DNA of 64,000 nt from the human T2T-CHM13v2.0 reference genome, Homo sapiens (GCF_009914755.1 NC_060939.1); one strand, 5' to 3'. Shown: positions 40,107-55,352, counted from the first letter of the stretch. Notes: a model not told the origin generated them from the letters alone. A program made the numbers and translations.

Positions 40107-41249
40107 TACAGTATACTCTATAGTTCCTGGCTCAAGGAGCTTAGGATTCATCTGGCAAGATTATGAATACATCAAATCCTTAAAGACTAATGGGATTGGT
40201 TGCTGAACAGTATGATGCAACTGAAGCTCTATCAAAGCTCACAGGAAGGGAGTTCTGTGAAGGAGGTAGCACTAGAGTTCTGTTGCAAATAAGAGGTGTG
40301 TGATCTATTTAGGCTAAAGGAAAAAGATTATGTTGCCCAGGCTGAGGAGGAAAAGTGTGAACACAAATTAAATGAGCTTTATGCATTTGAGGAATGTTAA
40401 GAGACCCACCTTAATATTAAGAGCAGGGAGACCATGTTGAGAAAAGGGAAAGAGCTGCTGGATTGGTTGGTATAGGCAAGTCATACCATGAAGCACCTCA
40501 GAAATCTGGCAAGGGATTTATGTTAGATACGAGCAGCCAGTGGTGGGATGAAAGCAATGGGTGGGATGAAAGGAACATTCACCTGGGGTCCACGTGCAGG
40601 ATAGATTGGAACAGGGGATCCTGGGGTAGGAGAGCTTCCCCGGGAGGCTGATGGACTGATCCAAGAATGAGCTGGAAAGGATCTGAGGGAAGCAGTGAGA
40701 ACAGACAGGGACACACACAAGGAACAAGATGAAAGAAGTCAGTAGATTAGCTGACTGAGTATCAGAGTCATACCAAGTGACTGAAGACAAGGTTTCAAAT
40801 GGAACATAAAAAAAAAAAAAAACCTGGTGTTGACAACACTGATATTAGAACTAGGAAAGATAGTTGGTTGTGGAGAGACCAGTTCATTTTTACACATCTT
40901 GAGTTTTCACACGGACATCCAACAAGTGTCTTGAAACTCGAGATACAAACCAGGGGTTTAAAAAGCTCATTTTGGTATTCAGAAATCTAGGGTGGGAACT
41001 GACGTTGTAATAATTAAGCCTGAGGTTCCTGCAAAGATTGCAGGAAGAAAAAGCCATAGAAAGTGAAAAATTATATTTTTGCTCCTCACAGTCACTGTGG
41101 ATGTAAGAAGAAAAGTAAGTGAAGGAAAAGTATATTAGACTCTTAGTATCTCTTAAAAATGCCATTGAAAAGGGTGCCAAATAGCTAAGAAGATGATCAT
41201 AAAACTTTAAACCTCTTTAGTATCTACACAGAATAACCCACCTATTACG

Positions 41250-41380
41250 TAGAATATAAGCTCCATGAAGGCAAGATTTAAAAATTTATTCATTCATGTA
41301 TTCCAAGCACTTGAATAATGTCCAGTACATAGTAGCCTCTCAATAAATATTGGTTGAAAGAATGAACGAATGAATGAATA
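41250..41380 (+). mobile_element. L2 3' end
   Basis: TAAGCTCCATGAAGGCAAG...CTCAATAAATATTGGTTGAA..GAATGAAT. Confidence 0.8.
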
Positions 41381-43259
41381 GATGAGGAATATAGGCATAA
41401 TGGAACTGATGTTTTTTTTTCACTCAGGCCCTACAGGTCCTTTGATAGGGCAAACTATATAGCAATTCACATTTCTACCACAGAAAAACATGAGGCAAAA
41501 TTCCCCTGGATTGAGGCTGGTGTTCTACAGGCAGGGATGTAGCAGGGTTGGAGAAGGACCTACACTTTATGGAGAAGGGTGAAGTCTCCCTGGGATATTT
41601 AAAGTCATTGCCTTTTCTAACTCTTCCATTATTGATAACACGCTACGTGAAGAAAGCCCAGCACAGCCAGGGTGATCTCATTCTTACTAAAATTCCCTGA
41701 AGCATGCATAGTCATTGTTTCAGTCAAGGCCAACCCAGTATCTGCAGCCAACATTGCTCCTCCCAGAACTGAGCTTCAGCTTGAGTCCACTGGGACACCG
41801 CCATCCCAGAAACATGGTGTTCTAGCCTCACATACTTTTGGCGTGTGTGATGCTGGGGTCTCCCTGAAAGGGTGCTGTTTTAACTACAAGAGGCCCTTTA
41901 TTCCTAACCCTGAAAGGGTTTATCCTCTTGATCTTGCTGGGTGGTTTTCTACAAGTTATATTTAATAAGCTGAGGCTGTCTTTAGTCAGACTTTGGCCTC
42001 TCTGGGTTGATGACTAAACTTTTGTGATTTCTTACTCCCCTCTGGTTTGAGGGGTGGTGTTTCTGCCAGAAGGGGACAAAGTTAGTCCAAAAGCTTCTCT
42101 TTTCCCATCAAGAATCCTGTTTGCTCTCTAAAAATCTGAAAGGAGAAGATTTAGGATCAGAGACTTTGAAGGTTAGAAGAGACCTAAGAGATCTTCTGGT
42201 CCAGAGTCCTACGCTCGTGTGAACAGGCTGGGCAGATGACACAGATGGGTTACATGGGAGTGATAGGGTCTGTGTCAAACAGGAGAGTTGATGCCCCAAC
42301 CCAAGGGCTCACGTTGAAGGACTTTACAGCCCTGTGCTAGCCAGATAAAGCACAACTGGGCACTGATGAGACACCTGAGCCAACACAGTTGCTTCATCTT
42401 ACAGTTGCGGTATCTGAGACCCAGGCAAGGAGTGAGAGCACTTTGCGATAGAAAGAACACTGCACTGGAAATGATGAGACCTGAGGTTCTAGACCCGACT
42501 CTCCACACAACAAATGACCTTGGCTTGAGGTTGACCTCTCAGAATCTCATTTCCTTATTTGGACACGAAGTAGGAAAATGAGTAATTTCCCTAAGGTGTT
42601 TTGTGCTCTAAAATTCCAGGACTTTCCAAGGTCACCCAACTAATTAGCGGTGGATCCCTAACTGGAGCCCACGTCCCCTGATAGAATGCTCTTTTTACTA
42701 AAGTGAACTGTTTGCCAAGACAAGGCAGAAGGAGGAAACAGCAGAAACACCTAGAAGCCAATCTTTCCTTCTTAGGAGATGTTCTCACTGCTTGGGAAAG
42801 CTGTGAAAACCAAGGGGGAGGGGCAACTGAGACACCTTGGAGTCACATGTGGGGCTTTTCTTTTCCTCCTCACATGTCTGTTGAGTGCCCATGCGCCCCA
42901 AGGCAGGACTTCTGAAGATGGGGTCTCAGAAGTTCTGAGCATTTATGCTTCTTCCCACTGAGTACAAGTCAGATAACACCAAAAGGAGGATCCAACTGGG
43001 AAGAGATACTGGATTGCTTTGTTTCGTTTCATTTTTTGCTTTTGTTTAGATGTTCTTTTCTGTTGGAAAGTGGAGAAGTAAAGGGCTATTTATGAGCCTC
43101 TGCAGCAGCCCAAGATACATTCTCATTCCAGGGTTCTCACTTCCACTGTCTCATCTTATCCTCATAATGATGCTACTCTGAGTAAAGCCGGTATGTGTGT
43201 CCTGGTCTACCTCCCCAGTCTTTCTTAGAGCAACTTTCCTTCTAGCTACAATTTTCCCA

Positions 43260-43675
43260 CTACACTGGAATATTCTGTTCCTCAAAGTATCAAATTCATT
43301 CCCATGTCATAACTTTGTGTTTGCTGCTACCTCACCCTCAAATGTCTTCCTCATCCCCTCCCCCAGGTCACTACATGGACAGTCTTCCTTCAGGTCTCAG
43401 CCAAACTGTAAAGAGGAGATGATTTCGCTGTCTCAAGTGGCCCACAAAACCACCAATCACTATCACATTTCTTGGTTTTATTTTATTTTGTGTGTGGTGC
43501 AACATATAAGTAGAATTATCTTCTGTATTTACTTTTTATTTTCTATATAACTCCTTTAAACGTGATTTTGATGAGAGCCAGGGCCCCTGTCTTGTCACCA
43601 TCATATTCCCAGTGCACAGAACAGTGCCTGGTCCATAGTGAGTCAGAATAAGTATTCCATGAATAAATAAATGAT
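43260..43675 (+). mobile_element. L2 3' part
   Basis: CCTTCAGGTCTCAGC...AGAACAGTGCCTGG...GAATAAATAAATGA. Confidence 0.75.
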
Positions 43676-44819
43676 TGCTGAAGTTTCCACAGCTGATTAG
43701 TGGAGAAGCTAGACTGTACCAAGATCATCCTATTCACAGTTCTTTCCCCTAAACCACTAAGCCTCAGAGCAACGACTGTGTCAATGCACTGTCTAAGGAA
43801 GTAAGTACTAGGTCTGGACTTCAGGACAGCATGGGTTAGAAGAAAGAGCCAGTTGACCCAACTCTAGTCCAAGTTCTGCCATGAAACCTTGGCCAAATCA
43901 TGCAACGTTAATTTTAGACAATATCTTAGAGATCACCTAGTCTGAAGGCTTTGAACATGTTTATGGCATCAGAAAACTTTATTCAAACACAACTCTAATA
44001 TGTAAATAAAATAAAGAAGTGCCACTCTGCTAAAAGCAGAGGAGAGCCCAGAGCCTGCCTTCCGGGTCTATTCTTTACCCCAGTTAAGGGTCCCCTCTGA
44101 AGCAACTCTGTAAAACGTAGATTTAAAACCACTGGGTAGCCCAATAGCCCACCCAGTTCAAGAATCCCTGGAAGCAGGATGCCTACTCCATCAGGGCAGC
44201 CCATTCTACTGTTGGGATAGTTATTAGGAAGGACAACCTCTTCTTGGGCCAAGCTTCCCATTTCACAGAAACGAAAGTCACTTCTCTCCAGTTCTGTGCC
44301 AGTTGTCAAAAAACAAACACCAGCAAGCTATGGCCCCCATCTTGAATGAAACAGACCTGGTTTAAGACCAGCTCTAAGTTACTTAACTTCTCTAGCCTTT
44401 AAATACCTCTTTTGTAAATTAGGGATAAAGATATATCATGGGGCTGTTATAAAGATCAAGGGCAGTAATGTGAAAGACATAATCCAATGCCTGACACAGG
44501 TAAGTGCTCAATAAATTGTTGCCATTCTCAGGATCATCTTGGTCATTACTATTACCACCTCACCCCCTTACCACCACCACCATTCTTCTTACTTCTTCTC
44601 AAGGAAACTACAGGCTACTCAAGGAAGCTAGTCACATCAGTAAGATATAATTCATCATGGTAAATTTATTATAGAAGTGTGCCCCAATTTTTAAAAATTA
44701 TTAGCTAATAGCATCAGGATACTTACTTACCAAACATATAATAGCCATTTATTTCTCCACTATGCTTTGAAACTTTTCAATTTTTCTTGGCCAGGCCAAT
44801 GGGAATCATTTATATTCTC

Positions 44820-44972
44820 TAAGGTCTTACAACACACAGCAGCATCAGTATCACCTGGAAACTTGTTAGAAATGCAAAATTGCAAGCTTTACTCTAGACC
44901 TTCTATAACAGAATCTGCATTTTAATGGAAGCTACAGTTGCTCTACATGTGCATTAGAGTTGAGAGGTCCTG
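44820..44972. mobile_element. MER5A-type MITE, within MIR remnants
   Basis: CAGCAGCATCAGTATCACCTGGAAACTTGTTAGAAATGCA...AGAATCTGCATTTTAA. Confidence 0.8.
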
Positions 44973-46346
44973 CCCATGTTTCAATTTCTTCATCTTTGAG
45001 CTGGGGAGATAACTATTAGCTCTGCCTACATCGCTAGGGTTCATGGGAGGACTGAATGGGATGCTGTGCATTAAAGCAACTTAGAACAAATCAGCTGTGA
45101 ATTCCTCAGTGCCTACCAGATTCCTTTACACACAGAACTTGTGGAACACTGATTGACTTATGGCAGGACTGTCTTAGTATGCTGTCCCGTTTGAACTCTG
45201 CTTCAACTGTTGAATGTCTGGACCTTCTTACTATCTTTGTTTTATGAACTACGTAAATTTTCTGTGAACCTCAGGAAATTCCATTAAAATGATTTCTGCC
45301 TCAGAGCATGTTCATGTCCTAAAGCCTGCCTGGTCCCTGTGTGGTCATCTTTCAGAATTCACTCTGACCTACAGTTATTGCTCTCACTCTATTTTATGGA
45401 ACATTTTCAGCCAGCTACATGATTTAATGGTTTTAAACACATCATTATTGCCATTATTTCATAGCTCACATGCCTAAAATAATACATGACACATTTTTAA
45501 ATGCATCTGAGATTTAAGTTTTATCATCTAGGAATTAATAAAATCTACTTATTAAATCTTGCCACCCAGGATATCAAAGTCTTGGTTCTAGCTGGCAGTT
45601 GGGTGGTCAAAACAAATTTTAGGGGGATATACTCTGAGGTATCACAAGAAGTTAGGAGCCAGGAACCACATGGGAAAGGAAAGCCTTATGTATTAGTGTA
45701 GCCAACACCCTCTTAGGTGGCCCAACATAAAAACAAATGATTCAATAGTTCAAAGCCCCCAACCGATTTCACAGAGGTGACCAATGTAGGCACAGTTATT
45801 ACAAAATGCTCCTCAAAGTCTCCAGAGGGCCAGTTATGAGTCACATGTTATTCAGGACATATGAGAAAACTGGGAAAGATCAGGAAGAAGCCTAGAAAGA
45901 CAAAATTACGAGGAGCCAAGGCAAGGGTTCGCTAAGTCAGTAATACGAGGTCAGCCCCCTAGGCACCTAGACCAGTATTCACCACCCCACTGAGCCTTCT
46001 CTTCATAAGGGCTGCAAAAAGATACAGAGTTATGCAACACCAGAGAACCACAAGGAAATGGCCCATGTTAGGGACACCAAATGACCGTCTTCTCCATTGT
46101 TTCTGGATCCTCTCTTCTGTTACAATGTTCTCTGTTTCCTCTGTTGACTTTCTAGTATGGCTTATTCCACGGGGAAGTTTCCTAGTCTGCCTTGCCCTGG
46201 TGACATGGGATGAGATAGGCTAGGAGGAAAAGTAAATGTTGGGACTATGAGCCAAGAAGATAGTTTGTTGAGGAAAAATGGTCCAGCCACGCCTCTCACA
46301 AACACATATGTACAAACACACAAACAGATTCTATGTATAAATGTAC

Positions 46347-46383
46347 TGTGTGTGTGTGTGCATGTGTGTGTGTGTGTGTGTGT
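46347..46383. repeat. Interrupted (TG)n
   Basis: Read directly. Confidence 0.95.
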
Positions 46384-46934
46384 TTTTCCACCTAATTCTT
46401 TCTTGGTGAAAAACTTCACTAGGGTTTGAAGTTGGTTAGGAGAGTCCCAATTGTCTTTGTTGGACCTTTCTAGTCAGTTATTATCCTCATAAAGTCAGGA
46501 AGCCTAGATATGTCTCCCAACCTTTTTTTTTTAACCAGAGACATAGCATGTCTTCTTCATCAAGGCATCTCTTCCTAGCTTTCACCCTTTCTGGATCTGC
46601 AGCTCCTCATCTGCACACACCATGTAGGTGCACCACTGCACAGTCAGAGCTGCGAATCAGAGCTGACACAGGAGGCCAGGCCAGACTGTCCCTCTCATGT
46701 CTTCCCTGTACCGAGCAGCACTCTGGTTAGCATGAGGTATTGGGGAGATTCTTAGACATGGAATCTGGGGTGTGTTTTTTATTTTTAGCCTTGTATTTTG
46801 AAATAATTTTTGATGTTCAAAAAATTGTAATAGTACAAAGGATACCCATATACTCTAGATTTACCAATTGTTACCATTTTGCCTTGCTTGCTAATTAATC
46901 ATTCTCTCTCTCCTCTCATATATATGAATGCACA

Positions 46935-46935
<1 letters not shown>

Positions 46936-46978
<43 letters not shown>
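46936..46978. repeat. (CA)n, about 21 units
   Basis: Read directly. Confidence 0.95.
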
Positions 46979-46980
<2 letters not shown>

Positions 46981-49900
46981 CAATATAGAAGATTCCTATC
47001 AAAACAGCAGCAAACCCATAGTTAATGAAAACTTTCATGTGCAGGAGGATGGCTGTGGCTGCATAGGATCTGAATAAGGGCTCCCCCTTGTCCTCCCACA
47101 CTCAGCTAAGTTAGAATGGCTCTCCCAAGCCAGCAAACATGTCTGCCAGGTAGGTTATAACCCCTTGGAAGCAAGTACATAGTGAGGAAAGGCAGGGCTG
47201 TCTTCCTCTATCAAAATATGCTATTTAGAATTTTCAAGGTTTGGCCAGACTGTGGACTATTTGGAATATGAGCTCTCAAAGAATAGGGAATAAGATGCAG
47301 ACTCGAGTGGATTAGGACAGATATTTAAATGTGTTGGGGAAAATTGAGTTTCAGTATTGTATTTTAAAGTCATCTGTTTTAGCCACATTTACTTTGATGT
47401 GTAAGGTAAATTGTTCAAAGGAAAATCCCTTAAGATATGTTTATAATTCTAAGAGAGTCTCACAGTCCTTTTATACTGGTTGAGTTAATTTGTACAATAA
47501 ATCAGACAAAACATAGTGAGAGGGTTAATTTTAACTATATTGATGGGTGAAATTAGTATCTTATGATGTAGTTGTCATTTGAAGTGAACTGTTTTCCACG
47601 TATACATTTTAACAAATGTAGTTTCCCAAAACAAGCATTTATAATCACAATTCAATAGTCCTTAGAAGAATAAAACAAACCTTAGAATATTTTTGGCAAA
47701 CAGATTTACACAGAAACTGGACAATGACAAAACATATACTTAAATGTTAAGATAATTAGTATATAAATATCTGCTGTCTTTTATCTATCTAAAGAAAGGT
47801 TGTAACTAACATAGTGCTTTGATTTTTTAGAGTGTGTTGCTTCTTAGTCTCTAAAGTTTGTTACTTAAAGAACAACTCATGGGCCTCTTGTTTTAATTTT
47901 AAACAAAGCTGAATTAAAGACATTTGGAGATTTTAAAAATGTATTTATATAAGTGGTTTATATGTGCAAGATTCTATTCTAGACACCTTAACATGTCCTG
48001 GAGAAGCAGACATCATCCCCATTTTAGAAATAAAATCCTAAGATTTAGGAAGGCTAAGTAACTTGTCCCAAATCACACTACTTATGAGCAGCAGTCTTGG
48101 GATTGGGACCCAGTTCTTTCTGACTCTAAAGCTCATTAATTTCTGCTATGCGCCCTTTGGCTTCCTTGTCAGGACTGCGACTATTAGATAAACAGCCCAT
48201 GTCTCCTGAGGCAATGTAATTCATTCCAGGTGAACCTGCAGACATAGGTAGCAGCAACTTGGGATAGCATTAGCCATCTTGTCTTGGGAACATAATCCAT
48301 GAGAAATGCTTTCTTCCCTACACACCATGTGTGGCTCTCTGTGGCTGCCTCCATTCTTCTCAACATGGAGTCTCCACCAACTGCCATGGATGTGTCCCTT
48401 CCTCCTCAGGCTGGGATAATAGGTTTCCATAATCCACCCACACTTGAAAAGCCTCCTTAATATGTGGGAGCAAGAAGTGGATGTTACCGCTTTATTTCTG
48501 AATGTTCTCTCTACAGGTCCAACCTCTTGAATCTCATACAGCTTAAAGGATGTAATTTCTTTTTTTCTTTTCAACAATTTCTTGTCATACTTTCAACTTC
48601 CAGCTTCTTCGTCAATAATCTTTTCCCTCCTGGATTCCTACTCTAAGTATTTTATCTGTCTTAAGAATCTCTTCGTCTCTTCTAATAAACGGAATATTCA
48701 GTGTCTCTTAAGGCTTGAAGTCTTATCTTCAAGCTCAGTCCCTCCATGACTGGTGATTGCCTTATGCACAAAAGCAAACACAACACAAACAAGGTTACTA
48801 GGGTAATTTTCTCTGTGTGTTCAGAGTTTAAATATATGATCATGGCTTCCTTTGGAAATGTCAACTAAAAATTTGTAATAGAAATAGGCAATCAATAATA
48901 GGAAATACAACACAGATAAAGAAGATATGAGAGATGAGATTGAGGATGTTTGTAAAGAGAATTTCAAAAACTGCAAAGATTTAAAAGACTGTAAAAGGCA
49001 AGAAGCAAGAACCCCTTATTAACTCCTCAAACTGAAAGACAACCTATTTGTCAAAGAAAAAAAGGCTGCCTTGAACATCTCACTCCCTAAGGATTCATAA
49101 GACTGGAAGGTGGAAGAGGAAGCTGAAGATGATGATATGTCGGGCTGTTAGTCCATGGGACACGTGGACTCCTTCCACAGGCAGGTGTTACTGAAAGGTT
49201 TGCAGGATCATCTGGATGCCCGCTGAGAGTTCACTCACTCCCGTGACTCACTGTCCGGCCTGCTGGAAATAGGTGCAAGTGGAAGCATGGTACATGTGAG
49301 AGAATCCCTATGATATCCAAGGTAAAGGGATACGATGGCTGTGAAAGCACTTATGGCAGGCTCCAAAAGAAACGCATCACACCCAAGCAGGAGAAAGTGG
49401 GGTTCAAGAAAGCTCCTCACAAGTCACTGAAATTTAACTCCGAAAGATCAAAAAGCACAATGCCTTTCAACTAACAAATAAACCCATAGATTCAAGGCAG
49501 GCACTGCAGACGTTCAGGAAATACCCAGCAGACACAGAGAAAGCAAATTGCTGAGTTCCATCTACAAAGAATTTAATATCACATATGTCATGACGGGAAA
49601 CAACACATGATCTCTTTCTTGATTTGAACCAATAAAACTGTAGTATATCACCAAAGACGTTAAGAAAATGTGACATGTCCTTTTGAATTATAAGTTCAAG
49701 AGAGTAAATAAATGAAATTACATTTTAAAAATTAATAATTGCCTATTTACTACTAAATTCATCATGCAAAGACTTCGAGTGAGTGTCCTATTAAACTGTC
49801 CAAGTATTTAATAAAATACTCCTCTTTGGAAACTTTTTATGTATATTAGTATATTAAAAATATTTTAAACTTATTTTAATACACTTCTCAATATTCCAAC

Positions 49901-50230
49901 AAGAAAATATGTGGCAAACATTCAACACCCACAGAACAGCAGTTTAGGAAATGGCAGTGTAATTGTATGAAAGCATCTGAATGCATAAAAATATGGGAAA
50001 TATTTAAATATCTTTTGAAAGGCTTGAAGCTATAGTAACTTACAATAATAATTTACAATGATAAACATTCAACAAACCTCTGAAGGAAAATGAACTGATC
50101 AGTATCTGTTGTGTGTAGAAAATAAAGGCACAGACTGTTTTTTGCCTGACATTGTTGGAATCCCCAGGAAAAACTGAATGGATTTTTGTCACTCAGCCAT
50201 GTCATAGTCCTCAGCAACTGATTTTCATTA

Positions 50231-51323
50231 CAGTCATCCATAGCTTAATGACAGGAATACATTCGCAGAAATGTGTCATTAGGCAATTTCTGTGATGTGG
50301 TGTGAGCATCATAGAGTATTCTTACACAAACATAGATAGCATAGCCTACTCCACACCTAGGCCATCTGGTCTAGCCTACTGCTCCTCAGCTACAAACCTG
50401 TACAGCAAGCAGTTACTGCACTAAATACGGGAGGTAATTGTAACACAATGGTGTTTTTATATCTAAACACATGAAAGGGACAGTAAAATGCAGAATAAAA
50501 GATAAACAGTGGTGTAGCTATATGGGGCACTTAACCCTATCAACACTGTACACCTAAGTTATACTACATTTATCTTTAAAATTGTCTTTTTTCAATAATA
50601 ATAAATAAGGTTTCAATAATAAACCTTAATTTACTGTAATTTTTTTACTTTACACACTTAACTTTTTGACTCTTGTAATAACATAAAATGCAAACACATT
50701 GTGTAGCTGTACAAAAATGTTTTCTGTCTTTATATCCTTATTCTGTAAGCTTTTTCTATTTTTCTTTTTTTAACTTTTTAAACTTCTTGTTAAAAATGAA
50801 AATACAAACACGCACATTAACCCAGACCTACACAAGGTCAGGATCATCAATTTCACTGTCTTCCACCGCCACATCTTGTCCCACTGGAAGGTCTTCAAGG
50901 GCATTCACAGGCATGGAGCTGTCATCTCCTGTGATAATAACAATGCCTTCTTGTGGAATTCCTCCTGAAGATCTGCCTGAGGCTGTTTTACATTTAACTT
51001 TTTAAAATATAAGTATAAGGAATAAACTTTAAAATAATGACAAAAATATAGTAAATACACAAGCTGGTAGCATAGTCATTTATTATCACTCAAGCATTAT
51101 GTACTGTACATAACTGTATATGCTACTCTATGACTGGTAGTGAGTGTAGTAGGTTTGTTTATACTACCATCACCACAAACACATGAGTAAGGCATTGCAC
51201 TACAATGCTGTGACAGATATGATGTAAATAGGCATAGGAATTTTTCGGCTCTATTATAATCTTATGGGACCACTGAGGTATATGTGATTCATCTTTGAAG
51301 CATCATTGTGTGGTTTGTGACTA
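50231..51323 (+). mobile_element. Tigger3 (Golem) non-autonomous derivative, Tigger3b-like
   Basis: TA|CAGTCATCCATAGCTTAATGACAGGAATACATTC.. start and ..GTGACTA|TA end; TA TSDs; about 1.1 kb. Confidence 0.88.
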
Positions 51324-52149
51324 TACAAAAAAAAAGTACATTTTTGTGATTAACTTGAATGCTAATTCTATACAGAGCATATAGAATGGACTCAAATCAG
51401 TAACATATTGATATGTGAGTGAATCACATGTATAGTTTTATGCCCAATTGGCATCTGGAGTTATTATGTGAAGAATATGCTTGATAAGAAAAAGCATGGA
51501 GATCTTTTGAAGGCCATTCGCTGGTGACAGCCCTTAACATTACATTAAATTGACTCTATTCATCCAGTGAATGCTTAAATCAATAGCCAAGTCATAAAGC
51601 TTTATGATGTATGCCTTTTGGCAAAACTAACATTTGATAAGTGTACCTGGCAATTAGATTATTCCTGGGGAGGGGAGCCAGGGAGCCAGAACTTGCTTGT
51701 TATTTGCTTGTTATTTGCAATGATAAATCCCAACGGTTTATCATTGTTGCTATGTACACTAACTTATCAGAAAATTCTGAGTGAGACATCTTTCCTGAGG
51801 GCTTTACGTGGCAAAAGAATGAGACTGAACAGTCAGCACAGGCTCTCTCTCTGGCAGGAAAAACTCTTTCCCTAAGTTGGTCCAGCATTTGCCTCCAGTC
51901 TAATGTTCTGTGGGTTCCAGTTAAGTCAGTTTCACAAAGGAGATGGCAAAGGAGAAAGAGGCCCAGAAATGGGCAAAGGAACCCCAAGCTGAGGGCAATG
52001 TGGATCCTCCATGTCCCACAAACAGAGCAGATGCTGTGTTCCTGACCTGTTTGGAACTGAGCACTGGATGTTAATGAAAAAGTTAAGTTAAAACAGGCAA
52101 TGGCATGCATCAGTTCTAAAAAATTCTACTTTAACCAAAAATATATAAT

Positions 52150-52762
52150 GTAAATTTATTTACCATGATTTTAACTGCTTTATATTCGTTGTATTTGTTC
52201 TTTTTTCCCAAATTTTTTTGCTTTCTCTGGTATTAAGAAACATTTTATGTAATTTCATTTTATCTTCTCTTAAATATCAACTATACTTCTTTTTTAAAAA
52301 AATTAAATCGTTGACCTAGAGTTTGCAATACTCCATTAAAACTAATCAAAGCCTACATTCAAAAAACACTACAGAACTTCAAATAGAGTGAAGGTCCCAA
52401 TTCCTCCCTCCTGTCACTTATGAGATTGCTGTTCTTCATTTCACTTACCCATTAGATATATTCACCCACTACACTGCCACAATTATTAATTTAAGAGAAC
52501 AGCTTGCTTTTTGATCAATTAAAAATAAGAAAAATAAAAGATTTCAATTTACTTTCATTTATTCCTTCTCTGATGTTTTCCTTTCTTTATGTAGATTCAC
52601 ATTTCTGACTATATCAACTTCCTTCTCCCTAAAGAACATACTTTAACACTTCTTGTAGGACAGTCTGCTGGCAAGGAATTCCCTCAGTTTTTGTTTTCCT
52701 GAGAAAGTCTTTACTGCTCCTTCACTTGTGAAGGATAATTTCGCTAGATATAAAACTCTAAA
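52150..52762 (-). mobile_element. Older L1M fragment, left part of an element split by the full-length L1
   Basis: T-rich reverse L1 ORF1/spacer (GAGAAAGTCTTTA..CCTTCACTT..GAAGGATAATTTCGCT.GATATA). Confidence 0.8.
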
Positions 52763-54808
52763 TAGAGGTAGAGCAAGATGGCTGAATAGAAGCCTCCACC
52801 AATCATCCTCCCCACAGGAACACCAAATTTAACAACTTTCTACGCAAAAAAGAACCTTCATAAGAACCAAAAATCAGGTGAGTGATCACAGTACCTGGTT
52901 TTAACTTCATATCACTGAAAGAGGCACTGAAGAGGGTAGGAAAGACCATCTTGAATTGCCAACGCCACCCCTCCTCAGTTCTTCAGTAATGGCCACATGG
53001 CACAGAAGACAGAATCTGTACATTTGCGAGAAGAGCACAGTGCTTGTGGAATTTTGCATTGGACCTCAGTGCTGCCAACACCAGGCAGAACTCAGCTGAG
53101 ACCCACAGAGAGAACATTTAGATCACCCCTAATCAGAAGGGAATCACCCATCCCAGCAGTTGGAACTTGAGGTTCAGCAACCCTCACCACAGGCTAAAGT
53201 GCTATGGGATCCTAGGTAAACTTGAAAGGCAACATAGGTCATAGGGACTGCAAATCCTAGGCAACTCCTAGGGCTGGGCTTGAAGCCAGTGGACTTGGAG
53301 ATTATGCAACCTAGTGACATACCAGCTGGTGCAGCTAACAGAGTACTTGCATGACCTCTACCCCAACCCCAGGCAGGGCAGCTCACAACAATGAAAGTGA
53401 CCGCTCCCTTCTGCCTGAGGAGAAGAGAGGGAAAGGTGAAAAAGACTTTGTCTTGCATCTTGAACATCAGCTTAGCCACAGAAGGATAGGGCACCAGTCA
53501 GAGTCGTGAGGCCCCCATTCCAGGCCTTAGTTCCCAAACAACATTTCTAGACATATCCTGGGCCAAAAGGGAACCCACCACCTTGAAAGGAAGGATCCAG
53601 TTCTGGCAGGATTCATCACCTGCTGACTAAAGAACCCTTGGGCCCTGAATAATCAGCAGTGGTAACCAGGTAGTACATGCTATGAGCCTTGAGTGAGACT
53701 CTGAGATGTGCTGGTTCCAGGTGTAACCCAGCATATTCACAGCTGTGGTGCCTATGAGAACAGACTCCTTCTGCTTGAGAAAAAAGATGGAAGAATACAG
53801 GGAACTTTGTCTTGCAGCTTAGGTACCAGCCTGGCCACAGTGGGGAGAGTACCAAGCAGGCTCTTCAGATCCCCAATTCCAGGCCTTGGCTCTTAGATGT
53901 CATTTCTGGTTCTTCCTGGGCCAGAGGGGGCCCACTGCCATGAAGGGTGAGTCCCAGACCTGGAAGCATTCACCAAAAGAACCTTTGGGCCTTAAGTGAA
54001 TATTGGTGGTACCCTGCAGTACTCCCCCAGGAACCTGTGGTGGTGGTAGACACAGGAGAGAGTCCTCTGCCTGGGGAAAGTGGAGGGAAGAGTGGGAAGG
54101 GTTTTGTTTTATGGTTTTGGTGCCAGCTTAGCTGCAATAGAATAGAGCACCAGGTAGATTTCTAAGGTCTCTGACTCCAGGACAGCATCTCTGGACTTGC
54201 CAGGACCCTGGGGAACTTACCACCCTAAAGGGAAATGCACAAGACTGGCTGGCTTGGCCACCTCCTGACAGTAGAGCCCTAGGGCCTTGAGCGAACATAA
54301 CCAGGTAGTGGCTACGGTAGGTCTTGAGCAAGACCCAGTCTTGTGCCAGCTTCAGGTCTGACCCAGCACAGTCCCAGTGGCGGTGGCCAAAGGAGTCCTT
54401 TTGTCACCCCTCCCCCAGCTCCAGGCAGCTCAGCATAGACAGGGAAACTTTGTTTGTTTAGGAGAAAGTAAGGGAAGAGAACAAGAGTATTTGCCTGATA
54501 ATCCAGACAATTCTTTTGGATCTTATCAAAGACCACTAAGGCAGTACCTCTACCATTCTACAAGAACGTCAGCATTATTGGCCCTAAGGTGCCCTCTAAT
54601 GCAGATATGGCTGCAGTGACCAAAAACTTAGATCACAACATCCAAGTCTCTGAATACCTAGAAAGCCTTCATAAGAACAAGTGCAAACAAGTCTAGACTA
54701 TGAAGACTGTAATAAATACCTAACTCTTCAATGCCCAAATACCATTGACACATTCACAAACATCAAGATCATCCAGGAAAATATGACTTCACCAAACAAA
54801 CTACTTAG

Positions 54809-55352
<544 letters not shown>

